DNA from: Octopus vulgaris | Lineage: Eukaryota | Reading direction: 5' to 3' | Assembly (NCBI GenBank): GCA_951406725.2 | Contig: OX597840.1 | Span: 4,526,001 to 4,590,000 of the forward strand | DNA length: 64,000 bases | In this document: positions 26,962 to 40,204 of the stretch, piece by piece | Position numbering within the stretch: the first letter of the stretch is position 1 | How the letters are laid out: each line of letters begins with the position of its first letter | Program-made: the position numbers and the translations under genes | The notes under the pieces: model-generated | The model's input: the letters and a program-made list of their open reading frames with translations, nothing else | Told to the model about the DNA's origin: nothing | Databases searched by the model: none

Positions 26962-27305
26962 CACTAGCACTATGACCCGGCATGTATATGCATGCTAGTG
27001 CATGCACGTGCACATACACGCGAGTACTGTCCAAATCTCCGACCAATCACATACAGCTAGCTGGCATTCAATTGGCGTATCAAGTCTCAGGCATTTTGAT
27101 TGGGTTTTGGATAGAAAATTCACAAAAATGTCACTTCTATTGATTTTTCAATGGCTTTGCAGGGTGACTGGGGAAATGTAAAGATGTGCACGACCACCCT
27201 TGGACAGTTTTGAATAACCATAGAAAGTGCGAGCCCTCTAACAGAAAAATTGTGATTTGTATAAAGGACACACACGCAGACCTTTTGCCGTTTATATATA
27301 TAGAG
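26962..27305 (-). mobile_element. Non-autonomous Helitron-like element
   Basis: Reverse complement begins tctctatatatataaacggc and ends ..ccgggtcatagtgCTAGt. Confidence 0.55.
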
Positions 27306-28043
27306 ATCATATAAAATCCGTTCTGTCTGTCTGTGTGTCTTCTCGGATCTCGGGCATCCTCCATCCGATTGCGCTCAAATTTGATACGTGGATACCGACG
27401 GTATCAGGGTGTGTATAAGTCTTGAAAAAATTACAAAAATTGATTCCAAGTGAGAATGCGATCGATAAAGCTGTGGGAACGTGCATTTGTACGTGCAAGT
27501 ACATCAGCTGTTGTGATCGATACTACGCGTATGCGAGAAAAATGCACGTGCAGTTTGTGCAAAAAAAGCTGCCTGGCTTGAAATAATGCTACAAAATGCA
27601 GTATATTTTAGAGACCATAGATTTACCTTCAGCAGCTAACCCATTTACATGTATTGTTTTTGTCCTGCTTTTCTTCCGTCAACCTGTACATAACTGCACC
27701 TTCCAGTTTTTGTTGTTTTTGTACTGCTTAAAGGCACATTTCTTTCCTGCCAAGCTTACTGTTTAAACCATGTTTGTGTTCTCCCAGTCAACAGCCTTAT
27801 CATTACTGGTACTTTAAATTCTTCGGTTGCATATTTGGGTGAATAGAATAGTTTTTCTTTGGAATAGAAAAAAGTCTGTCTATATTTCTTCTTTTGCCGG
27901 TGTCTCAAATTTAGGTTAAATCAGTGTTTCTCAAAGGGGAGGCCTATGGGACGGTCGGACAAGATGTTTTGAGAAAATTTGGTTTAAATGTTTGACAACT
28001 CAGCACCGTCCATTGGATGGGGGTTGGAGGGGCGTTTTGCTCG

Positions 28044-28087
<44 letters not shown>

Positions 28088-28089
28088 TA

Positions 28090-28170
28090 TGAGGGGTGTA
28101 TGAAAAAGTTTTGAGCCTTGAAGTCTTGTACACTGTTTTTTTTAAGGCTCAACTTTTCATACACCCCTTG
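28090..28170. mobile_element. Tiny Tc1/mariner-type MITE
   Basis: TIRs gaggggtgtatgaaaaagttttgagcctt / aaggctcaacttttcatacaccccttg around a ~25-bp spacer. Confidence 0.65.
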
Positions 28171-28198
28171 TGTGTGTGTGTGTATGTATATGTGTATA

Positions 28199-28442
28199 TC
28201 ATCATCGTTTAGCGTCCGCTTTCCATGCTGGCATGGGTTGGACGGTGCAACTGGGGTCTGGGAAGCCAGAAGGTTGCACCAGGCCCAGTCTGATCTGGCA
28301 ATGTTTCTACGGCTGGATGCCCTTCCTAACGCCAACCACTGCATGAGTGTAGTGGGTGCTTTTTACGTGCCACCTGCACGGAGGCCAGGTGAGGCTGGCA
28401 ACGGCCACGATCGGATGGTGCTTTTTACGTGCCACAGGCACG
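28199..28442 (-). mobile_element. RTE LINE 3' end (family C)
   Basis: Family C consensus. Confidence 0.75.
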
Positions 28443-28687
28443 TATATATATATATATATATATATACATATATATATAAGAAGCATTGGTTTATAGAACA
28501 AACATTAAGTTTGGGTCAGTTAAGGTTAGTTTTCCTCTCCTCACTGGAGGGGGGCTGTATAGGGTTGATGCACTTCTAGCTGTACGTAGCCAGTCTAAAA
28601 TTGCATTGAATAGATTAAGGAAATCCCTGAGAGGTTTCTTGAAGGATTTCTTTAATCTTAACATTATCTTTGATGTTAACTCCTTAA

Positions 28688-29766
28688 CCCTTTCGTTACC
28701 AAACCGCCCAAAGCCGAAAAAATTGGTTAATGTGACCAAACCGCCCAAAGCCGCCTGAATTTACCTATTCATATTTAAATAAGAATATCAGAGCAAATCT
28801 CTCTTTAGTACATTCGTGAAAACACGTATTATACTTTGTAAACAGTTCAACAACAGTTTTGTACAATAATCAAAGTGTAATTTTAATTCCGTGAATTTTG
28901 AGAGATTTTTTTCCGAAATTTGTTCCTATTGTGTTTTCAAAATTTGTAATTCTTACAAAAAATGGATACGAATTTCATTATATCAAGCAGCGAGTCAGAA
29001 TTCGAAGGATTTTATACTGAAGACCTTCATAAATCTAACTCTATGACTGAAAAAAAAAAGCATGTGGTATTTGATAATGAATCTGATGTTTCATTTTCCG
29101 AAAGTGAAAACAGTGAATCCGAGATCTCCGACAGCGATAAAGAAAATGAATTGGCACCTGAATGGAGTGAAAATTTAAAAACTGTTTCTTTCGGTGATTT
29201 TTCTGAAGAAACTGGACCAAGCCACAGACTTTCCCAGAAGAGTAAAGCCTTAGACTATTTCTTTTTACTTTTTCGAATGAGCCTATTTGAAATCATTATG
29301 GCAGAAACGAACCGTTACGCTAAACGTAAACAAAGCGAAAGAAACGATAGTTTGTGGTTTCCCACAACCTTAAATGAAATTAAGGCTTATTTTGCCATAA
29401 ATATTATTATGGGTATCAGAAAGTTACCCAGAATAACAAATTCTATCGTAAAATTTTGTTGTATACCCAATTGAATATTAGTTAATAACCCATTTTCTAT
29501 AGTGATGTTTAAACAAAATTTTAATTTTATATTTTGTTGAATTTACCTGTATCTACCTGCAATTAGAGTCACTTTGTGACAAAAATTATAGTATAGAATT
29601 GGTTGAGAATATTTCATTAAATTATCTTCCAAAAATCAGATTAATATATTGATAAATAAAAAAGTTATAGTTGTTTAATGAAACCAGACTAAATTTATGA
29701 TTATGTTAGAAATTAATTGAAACACATAAGGGGTGTATTTTGGTCAGAAATATAGTAACGAAAGGG
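28688..29766 (+). mobile_element. Internally deleted piggyBac transposon
   Basis: TTAA|CCCTTTCGTTAC...GTAACGAAAGGG|TTAA, with an internal transposase N-terminal ORF. Confidence 0.92.
28962..29474 (+). pseudogene. Truncated piggyBac transposase (N-terminus, PGBD-like)
   Basis: Acidic N-terminus, then LDYFFLLF..IIMAETNRYA..WFPTTLNEIKAYFAINIIMGIRKLP; no DDD catalytic core. Confidence 0.85.
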
Positions 29767-30242
29767 TTAAGTCTTTTGGGCCCAAAACTTGGAACAGATT
29801 TACTGAGGTGATCCCTTTTTGCAGCCATAAGTTTTTGTCCACCTTTTTGAAACTATATAGAAATAAAAGTAGATGTAATAAAATTGTTTGGTGTTACAGG
29901 GATTTGAAACTGGCGCAAGCTACTTACCACACAGCCACTCCTGTGCACATCAACTCTGGACTGATAGGTTGATTTTAAGGACATCTTTTATTGGTCTGCA
30001 TGGTATGATGTCACACTCTTTGCTTGAAAATACATTACTCTTTGGTTCTATACACACACACACACACACGCAGACATACATGAACACAAGGTTTCTGACA
30101 ACTTCCATCTCTCAAATCCACTCACATGGCTTCGATTAGCTTGTGGCTATAGTGGAAAACACTTGCCTAAGGTACCATGCAGTGGGACTGAACCTGGAAC
30201 AATGTGGTTGGGAAGCAAGCCTCTTATCACACACACACACAC

Positions 30243-30291
<49 letters not shown>

Positions 30292-30340
30292 CGGAGGTTA
30301 CCGTCGGTATCCACGTATCAAATTTGAGCACATATATATG

Positions 30341-30635
30341 TGGAGGCGCAATGGCCTAGTGGTTAGGGCAGTGGACTCACAGTCGCAGGATCGCGGTTTC
30401 GATTCCCAGACCGGGCGTTGTGAGTGTTTATTGAGCGAAAACACCTAAAAGCTCCACGAGGCTCCGGCAGGGGGTGGTGATCCCTGCTGTACTCTTTCAC
30501 CACTCTTTCTCCCATTCTTTCTTCTGTTGGCCTGTTCGCTTAGCCAGCGGGGTGGCGTCGTTCGAAGGCTAAAACAATGCGAACGCATTGTGACCAGCGA
30601 TGTGTAACAACATCTGATGGTCTGGTCGGTCACGT
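30341..30635 (+). mobile_element. tRNA-derived SINE (family D)
   Basis: tggaggcgcaatggcctagtggttagggc..ggtttcgattccc head. Confidence 0.8.
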
Positions 30636-30636
30636 G

Positions 30637-30716
<80 letters not shown>

Positions 30717-30720
<4 letters not shown>

Positions 30721-31645
30721 TAACAGTAACAATATATATATATATACACTGTAACAGTAACAATATATATATATATACAGTAACAGTAACAATATATATA
30801 TATATACAGTAACAGTAACAATATATATATATATACAGTAACAGTAACAATATATATATATATACAGTAACAGTAACAATATATATATATATATATATAC
30901 AGTAACAGTAACAATATATATATATATATATACAGTAACAGTAACAATATATATATATATACAGTAACAGTAACAATATATATATATATATATATCAGTA
31001 ACAGTAACAATATATATATATATACAGTAACAGTAACAATATATATATATATACAGTAACAGTAACAATATATATATATATATATACAGTAACAGTAACA
31101 ATATATATATATATATACAGTAACAGTAACAATATATATATATATATATATACAGTAACAGTAACAATATATATATATATATACAGTAACAGTAACAATA
31201 TATATATATATATACAGTAACAGTAACAATATATATATATATATATATATACAGTAACAGTAACAATATATATATATATATACAGTAACAGTAACAATAT
31301 ATATATATATATACAGTAACAGTAACAATATATATATATATATATATACAGTAACAATATATATATACAGTAACAGTAACAATATATATATATATATACA
31401 GTAACAGTAACAATATATATATATATATACAGTAACAGTAACAATATATATATATATATACAGTAACAGTAACAATATATATATATATATACAGTAACAG
31501 TAACAATATATATATATATATACAGTAACAGTAACAATATATATATATATATACAGTAACAGTAACAATATATATATATATATATATACAGTAACAGTAA
31601 CAATATATATATATATATATATATATACAGTAACAGTAACAATAT
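30717..31645. repeat. Minisatellite CAGTAACAGTAACA(AT)n, ~30-bp variable unit
   Basis: Directly visible. Confidence 0.95.
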
Positions 31646-32095
31646 ATATATATATACACACGTATGTCTAAAGTCGTAAGACACCCGCTGTTTTTGTCCT
31701 GTTATTACCATTGTTTTTTGTATTTATATTCGTGTGGCATCGTCCGTTTTTCTGTCCTTGTTTCGTATACATTCGATCCTTTTTCCAAGAAATCTAATGC
31801 TCGTAGCAGTGTGCTAAAGGTTAATTTATACATTGTTGATAAGGCCAGTTACTGCAGTGTTTGCCCTGAAGTCTATTAGAGATGCTATCTAAGGACACGT
31901 ACTGACCTATCAACAGTGTCTATACATTAAATATGGTATATAGGTGGGAATTTTAATTAAAAATGCTTCAGTTGTGTATACCAGAAAAATAATAAATTAA
32001 TTAGTTTTTGTATTTGGCTTGCAAGATTCTGGATGTGAATTTGTGTGTTGAAACAGATCTTGTCTTGGGAGGGTCATTTTGTCAATAACAACACA

Positions 32096-32382
32096 TGCAC
32101 TGATTCAACATCACTTCTTTATTGTCAGTTATTTGGTTAACTATCTAACCAACTAACTAATTGATTGTTTGTTTAATGTGTTGGTTAAACAGTCAATCAG
32201 TGTTGGTTTCCCAAAGTCCTTTGTTGCTATTCACCACCTCATTAATGACACACCTGCCTCTCTCGTCAAGGTCTGCCTTGAACTTGTTTTTGATTGTTTA
32301 ACCAACACAAACGATTGATCAGTTAGTTGGTTAGACATTTAACCAATTGACTAACAATAAAGAAGTGATGTTGAACCAGTAC
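32096..32382. mobile_element. MITE-like element with ~110-bp imperfect inverted arms
   Basis: ctgattcaacatcacttctttattg.. versus ..caataaagaagtgatgttgaaccag. Confidence 0.65.
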
Positions 32383-33065
32383 ATCATCATCATCATCGTT
32401 TAACGTCCGTTTTCCGCGCTAGCACGGGTTGGACGGTTCGACCGGGGTCTGGGAAGCCAGAAGGCTGCACCAGGCTCCAGTCTGATCTGGCAGTGTTTCT
32501 ACAGCTGGATGCCCTTCCTAACGCCAACCACTCCGCAAGTGTAGTGGGTGCTTTTTACGTGCCACCTGCACAGGTGCCGGGAGGGGGGGTCTTGCATCGG
32601 ACACGATCGGTTGGTGCTTTTAACGTGCCACCAGCACAGAAGCCAGCCAAGGCGACGCTGGCATCGGCCACGTTCGGATGGTGCTTTTTATGTGCCAACG
32701 GCACAGAAGCCAGCCAAGGCGGCGCTGGCATCGGCCACGTTCGGATGGTGCTTTTTATGTGCCACCGGCACAGAAGCCAGTTGAGGCGGCGCTGGCATCG
32801 GCCACGTTCGGATGGTGCTTTTTATGTGCCACCGGCACAGAAGCCAGTCAAGGCGGCGCTGGCATCGGCCACGTTCGGATGGTGCTTTTTATGTGCCACC
32901 GGCACAAGCCAGTCGAGGTGGCGCTGGCAACGGTCACGTTCAGATGGTGCTTTTTATGTGCCACCGGCACAAGCCAGTCGAGGTGGCGCTGGCATCGGCC
33001 ACGTTCAGATGGTGCTTTTTATGTGCCACCGGCACAGAAGCCAGTCGAGGCGGCGCTGGCAACAT
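32382..33065 (-). mobile_element. RTE LINE 3' UTR (family C) with 65-67-bp tandem subrepeat, about 6.5 copies
   Basis: gcacagaagccag at 32634, 32701, 32768, 32835 and onward. Confidence 0.85.
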
Positions 33066-33149
33066 GTGTCATTATTTTCTTAATGACCGTCCCAAGACAC
33101 ACCAACGATAAATTTGATATTAAAATAATTTGATATGAAAAAGTAATGA

Positions 33150-33191
33150 ATATTATTTTAACTAATCTTTTTTTTTGTTTTTTTCCTGCAG
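33150..33191 (+). promoter_or_regulatory. Strong 3' splice site (branch point, polypyrimidine tract, CAG); probable start of the LATS ATG-containing exon
   Basis: ttaACTAATctttttttttgtttttttcctgCAG|tggtc. No TE is recognisable from here to the ATG, and there is no comparable acceptor just upstream of the ATG. Confidence 0.55.
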
Positions 33192-35881
33192 TGGTCTCCT
33201 CATATTCACAAGAACTGAGAAGAAAAAGAAACATCAACCAGGCCTATAAATAAATAAAATGAATGAGATAAAATAAAAATCCCATGAAAACTAACCTTAC
33301 TCAACATCTGGAAAACAAAACAAAGGGGCTAAAAAAAGGATCTCCATATCAATCTGTAGACGAGATAGTCATCGGAAAGAAGAAAAAGAAAAGTCGATGG
33401 TAAAAAAGAAGAAAAAATAAAGAAGGGGGGGAAGTAGAAAAGAACAAAAGTGAGCCATTAACATCGAATTTCTAGTTGAATTGATTGAAGCAAGACTGAG
33501 TTCGGTGTAATAGCTGTGAGGCTTTACACAAGGAAAAGATTAAGGTAACAGGAACAAATATATATGTAATAATTTAACATATCTTTTGGTAAAAGAAAAA
33601 AAAAAGAAACAAGACATTTCTTATGGTAGTTAAATTATTATTAATACTTAATTGAAAGTATTTTTTGTTTTAAAGTATCTTTATACTGAAAGCAAATATT
33701 TTACAGTTTCAAAGCTTCACAGAACATAAATAATTCAAAAGTGTAGGAAGTCTGTGCAGAAATTAAACATTTTGAAGAGTTTGGTTATACCACAAAAACG
33801 TAAGCATTTTTGTAGATTGCAGTTCTACGAAGTGTGAGCATTTCATTTCACAACCGCTTTTCATATTTTCTGAATGCTGTACAGAATTCTGAACTTGTCA
33901 ACAATAAATCTTTCATGCCTGTAGTTTTATACCGAAAAGAAACCTTTCTCGATTGTAAGCTAAATTTGAAATAAGCACTTGGACTAATTTATCGAAAATA
34001 AATAGTCTCTACTCAAGCTTACACAGAAAAAAAAATACAGCAAAAACAAACAAAAAAAAAAGGCTCTGCATAATTGTCATTTTTCCTTCTTTGAAAAGTA
34101 AACATTTTGTGCCTGAAAGTTTTTCATAGCAAATAAATAATTCACGACTGTGGCTTTTATATATATATAGAAAGTAAACATTTTTATGCGCTGGAAAAGA
34201 ACATTTCATAAGTGTGTGTTACGTACAGGAAACGAAGCATTTCGCATCTGTGTCCATAATCAAGAGAGAGAGAGAGAGAAAGAAAGAAAAAGAAACGAGG
34301 TGATTGTGTTCGTGTCACCATAGCGCAAGTCGACATCAAGTAAAATTTTCTCTTGTAAATTCTACAGCAAAAGTTTGTGTGTCAGAGAATAAGACGTTTT
34401 CATAAAAAGTTGTTAAAGCAAAGCACAACTTTTCTTCGCCCCCTTCAATCAAATTGTGGCTTGTGTAATACTCCGAAGATAAAAAAAATCATCACACTTT
34501 ACAAACAGTTTAAAAGGAAAACTTATTAAGAAAAGATGCAAAAAGAAAACCCTTTTCAAAAAAAACAAAAAACAAAAACTTCTTGATCAAACCTTTAATA
34601 TTGTTGCTGGAATATTGTTTTGAAATTTAAATAGGAATTGAGTTTACCACCTGGAAGAAAAATTCAGTGGAAAAAAATACATAAAAAATAAACAAACAAA
34701 GGAGGAAACCATTTGAAGGCGAGAAACTTCACTTAATATTTTGCTTCAAAGCCAAACTTGAACAACTACCGCTGCCACATCTTTAATCAAGCATTTACAC
34801 TTGTGTGCACACAGAAACATAGTCTCTGATCTATCTTAACCTTAGCTTTTCTCTGTCTCTTCTTTGTTGCATTTTCATCCACACCCCCAATCTTTTACCC
34901 TACCACCCACAAAAACGGGTGGTGGGAATAGGGATAATTTCTAAATTGACTATATATATATAATATATATATAGATAGATAGATATTTATAGATATATAT
35001 TTATATATATTTTTTCTTGCTTATTGGGTGAAACATGAAATCCTTTAAAGATAAGGACCCTACTTAAGTCTTCCCTTCCCCTATCCCTTCTTTGGGGAAA
35101 ATAAAAGCCCAGGAAAAAGAGGTAAAGGTAAAACAAAGCATACACACATATATATGCATGCATATTCACATGCGCACATGTATGCATGCCACATGTTCTC
35201 AAATGGGACTCGATGAAATGCTTAGTTTTAAGTTGTACCGAGTGACACCTTAAAATTTTGCAGTACCTTACATATACGTGCATAAACTCACACACACACA
35301 CACACATACACAAAGGTATTTAATATACACATTACTATTTCTATTAGCAAACTGTGCTTGTCCGGGTAAAAAGAAGGGAGGTGGTCGTTAACATCAAGGG
35401 CACTGTGGTGCCAGGGGTGGTTGTGGGGGTGGTGATAATAGCTAATTGTTATAGTAATATTAATTGTAGTAGTAGTAGTAATAACAGTTAGTGGTAGTGT
35501 CTTCGGTTTATATCTTTTTGCTTTTTTAAATTTTTTTTTGAATTTTTTTTTTGAATTTTCAAAAATTAAATATTAAACTATTCTGTGACATTTAGGTGTA
35601 CATACATACACACACACACAAACACACACATACGTTTATTATGGGAGTTTTTCTTTAAAATTTAAAAAAAAACTAGTACGAAAAGGGTGTCTTTTCTTTT
35701 AATTTTTTTCTCTTTTCTGTGACCCCTCCTGATTGATTTCTTTGCATATACCGCACCTCTCCTCCCTCCCGGGTCATCTCATCTTCCCTCTGCACTTGGC
35801 TCTTTTTCATCCACACAAACAATTACAACCAAATAAACAACAACAACAACAACAACAGTAACAGCTCCGCCAGTTGTTCTT

Positions 35882-36670
35882 ATGAAACGTACAAACGAGC
35901 GCCGACCGCTCCTCTTGACTTTTTCCGATCATCACCGCAAAATGTTGCAGGAGATTCGCGATAATTTGAGTCACTTGCAGAAGAACAATCTTAGCAATGA
36001 CATCTCGCTGGACTTGTACGAGAAGGGCGTCGGTAGCGGCAGCGGCGGTGATGGTGGTGGTAGCAGCAGCGGTGGTGGTGTTGGTGTTGTGATCAGCAGC
36101 GGAAATGGCGGCGGGGGTGGTTTCGGCATTGTCAGTAGCAACGGCATTGTTGTCAAGAGCAGCAGCAGCAACAACAACAACATCGTCAGTAGTGGCGGTG
36201 TTGGTGGTGGTGGTGTTGGCGGAACCAATTACTTCGTCAACAGCAGCAATGCCATCGTCACCTGCAGTGGCAGCACAGTGGGCAGCGATGGCGTTGCTGG
36301 CAATTGCAACAGTGTTGCAAACCATGTTAGTAACAACAGCAATGCTTGCAACATTAGCGGCGGCAATAGCAACAACAACAGCATTGGCAATCCTATGATC
36401 ATCACCGCCACCTCCAATGCCAGCAACACTAACACCGCTACCAGTAATAACAGTGGCGGTAATAGTAGTAATAGCGGTGGCAACAAAACTACTACACGGA
36501 CGGATTATCACCAAAAGGCACTTGCTGAGATTCGGAAGAGTTTGAAACCGTATGCAAATAGTGATTCTGCTACAGTTATCGTGCAGTATGGTGTTGATGT
36601 TGACACGAGTGGTTTACAGGGCGGAAAGACTGGACAAATTACCACAAACATTACAGTTGGATATGATGAC
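35882..36670 (+). CDS. LATS: First coding exon of a LATS/Warts serine/threonine kinase (Hippo pathway), N-terminal region only
   Basis: The ORF starts MKR..HHRKMLQEIRDNLSHL and later has YHQKALAEIRKSLKPYANS. These resemble the two N-terminal motifs of LATS1/2 (RQMLQEIRESLRNL and HKALQEIRNSLLPFAN, recalled from memory). It ends VGYDD (compare AGFDE at the start of the UBA domain) directly before a GTAAGT donor at 36671; 789 nt, phase 0. Kinase-domain exons were not seen in the window. Confidence 0.88.
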
Positions 36671-36819
36671 GTAAGTAACATGCGTTGCTTTTCTATATCT
36701 TTCAGTCATTGATGAATTTTTTACTCTATATATGTTTGTTAATTTCTTTGTGATTATAAAGCTTGCTTCTCAATCCCCCCGGTGTGACTCCTTGTGTAAA
36801 TATATTCCATTATCTGTCA

Positions 36820-37022
36820 CATACAAGGAGCAACTGAAAAGTTTAAGGGTGTTGCGAAAGCCCTGATTGGAGGCCCAACCTTCTGAGTTCTTTTACAGGG
36901 CTTAGAAAAACTGAAGGACTGACCGGTGCAATAAGTATATGAATATCTGAGAGGGGAATATGTTGGATAAAATCATAATTAATTGACCCTCCTCAATTTT
37001 CTTTTACCCAAAGCCCAGAACA
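36820..37022. mobile_element. Degenerate mariner-like MITE
   Basis: tacaaggagcaactgaaaagtt start; gaggggaatatgttggataa resembles a mariner transposase C-terminus (GEYVG*). Confidence 0.4.
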
Positions 37023-37239
37023 GTGTACTGGGAACTCTTTTGTAGAACCAGCACTCGTGAAGTTATCAAGAATCCATAAGACAAGATCCCTCAACTGAGT
37101 GAAGTATGATACTTAGGGACAAAAAGAAAGTAAGACCGAGGGGACAGATGAACCCAAATAGGACCAGGCTTAAAAGAGGGAGTTTAGTCATTCAACTAAA
37201 GATGCTTCATGGCTGCATTCTGATGATAGAATCAAGTAA

Positions 37240-37242
37240 AAG

Positions 37243-37305
<63 letters not shown>

Positions 37306-38043
37306 TATGTATATATGTATGTATATGTATATATGTATGTATATGTATATATGTATGTATATGTATATATGTATGTATATGTATGTATGTATATGTATAT
37401 GTATGTATGTATATATATATATGTATGTATGTATGTATATGTATGTATGTATGTATATGTATGTATGTATGTATGTATGTATATGTATGTATGTATGTAT
37501 GTATGTATATATATGTATGTATGTATATATGTATGTATGTATGTATATATATATATGTATGTATGTATATATATATATATATGTATGTATATATATATAT
37601 GTATGTATGTATATATATATGTATGTATATATATATATATGTATGTATATATATATATGTATGTATATATATATATGTATGTATATATATATATATGTAT
37701 GTATATATATATGTATGTATGTATATATATATGTATGTATATATATATATGTATGTATATATATATATATATGTATGTATATATATATATGTATGTATAT
37801 ATATATATGTATATATATATATATGTATGTATATATATATGTATGTATGTATATATGTATGTATGTATATATATATGTATGTATATATGTATATATATAT
37901 ATGTATGTATATATATATGTATGTATATATATATGTATGTATATATATATATGTATGTATATATATATATGTATGTATATATATATATGTATGTATATAT
38001 ATATATGTATGTATATATATATGTATGTATGTATATATATATG

Positions 38044-38075
<32 letters not shown>

Positions 38076-38439
38076 TGTATGTATATATATATGTATGTAT
38101 ATATATATATATGTATGTATATATATATATATGTATGTATATATATATATGTATGTATATATATATATATGTATGTATATATATATATGTATGTATATAT
38201 ATATATATGTATGTATATATATATATGTATGTATATATATATATATGTATGTATATATATATATATGTATGTATATATATATATATGTATGTATATATAT
38301 ATATGTATGTATATATATATATATGTATATATATATATGTATGTATATATATATATATATGTATGTATGTATATATTATGTATGTATATATATGTATGTA
38401 TGTATATATATGTATGTATGTATATATATGTATGTATGT

Positions 38440-38473
<34 letters not shown>

Positions 38474-38957
38474 GTATATATATGTATGTATGTATGTATA
38501 TGTATGTATGTATATATATATGTATGTATGTATATATGTATGTATATATGTATATGTATGTATATATGTATGTATATGTATGTATATATGTATGTATATA
38601 TATATATATATGTATGTATATGTATATATGTATGTATATGTATATATGTATGTATATGTATATATGTATGTATATGTATGTATATGTATATATGTATGTA
38701 TATGTATATGTATGTATGTATATGTATGTATGTGTATGTATGTATATGTATGTATGTATATGTATGTATATATGTGTGTATATATATGTATGTATATGTA
38801 TGTATATATGTGTGTATATATATGTATGTATATGTGTGTATATATATGTATGTATGTGTATATATATGTATGTATATGTATGTATATGTATGTATATGTA
38901 TGTATATGTATGTATATGTATGTATGTATGTATATGTATGTATATATATGTATGTGT

Positions 38958-38989
<32 letters not shown>

Positions 38990-39144
38990 GTATATATATA
39001 TGTATGTGTATATATATATATATATATGTATGTATGTGTATGTATGTATGTGTATGTATGTATGTATGTGTATGTATGTATGTATGTATATGTATGTATA
39101 TATGTATATGTATGTATATGTATGTATATATATGTATGTATGTG

Positions 39145-39181
<37 letters not shown>

Positions 39182-39950
39182 GATAATAGAAATATTAAAA
39201 TTACTAAGTCTCTATAAAAGAGATTACAGCAGCGTTTACTGGAAATTAAGTGTTATCGCCATGTTAATATGGCATTCTTATAGATATAAGAATAATCGCT
39301 GCCATGGTCAGCTCCATGAGGCCACCGCCATCAAGATAGCTATTGATACACGATCTGTATCCATTATAACCTTCGAACAAGAGAGGTCATATATATATAT
39401 ATGTATGTGTATATGTATATATATATATGTATGTGTATATGTATATATATATATGTATGTATGTGTATATGTATATATATATGTATGTATGTGTATATGT
39501 ATATATATATGTATGTATGTGTATATGTATATATATATGTATGTATGTGTATATATATATGTATGTATATATATATGTATGTGTATATATATATGTATGT
39601 ATATATATATGTATGTGTATATATATATGTATGTGTATATATATATGTATGTATATATATATGTATGTATATATATATGTATGTATATATATATGTATGT
39701 ATATATATATGTATGTGTATATATATATGTATGTGTATATATATATGTATATATATATATATGTATGTGTATATATATATGTATGTATATATATATGTAT
39801 GTGTATATATATATGTATGTATATATATATGTATGTGTATATATATATGTATGTATATATATATATGTATGTGTATATATATATGTATGTATATATATAT
39901 ATGTATGTATATATGTATGTGTATATATATATGTGTATATATATTTACAC
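37240..39950. repeat. Very long (TA)/(TATG) microsatellite
   Basis: Interrupted only at about 39185-39390. Confidence 0.95.
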
Positions 39951-40204
39951 AGAATACAAAAATAACAAAGCGTTTTGAGACTAACTGAAGCTGTTTGACA
40001 ATCTGACTATCTTGAAGTTGTTTGTCTTTGTCTGTACAGCTGCTGCCTCAATGAGGTGGCTATCATCTGACAAGATGAAACAACCATCATATCTGTATGA
40101 ATCCAGAAGTATGTGGTTGGGGTGGGTGGCCATGTCATGTGATGGTTGTAAGATGATTGTCACTCTCAGACAAACGATGTCATTCATTTCCAACTTTCTG
40201 TAAA

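Noticed and set aside
30341-30410. tRNA gene
   Set aside because: The tRNA-like head continues into a repeated SINE body found at 5559 and 47776, and I see no complete cloverleaf or terminator
35807-36514. Antisense and alternate-frame ORFs over the LATS exon
   Set aside because: By-products of trinucleotide-rich coding sequence; no recognisable motifs
37106-39988. ORFs of 600-860 aa rich in Y/I/M/C/V
   Set aside because: Translations of TA/TG microsatellite, which lacks stop codons. The same applies to 2046-5183, 30445-31711, 41006-42528 and 48681-50938.
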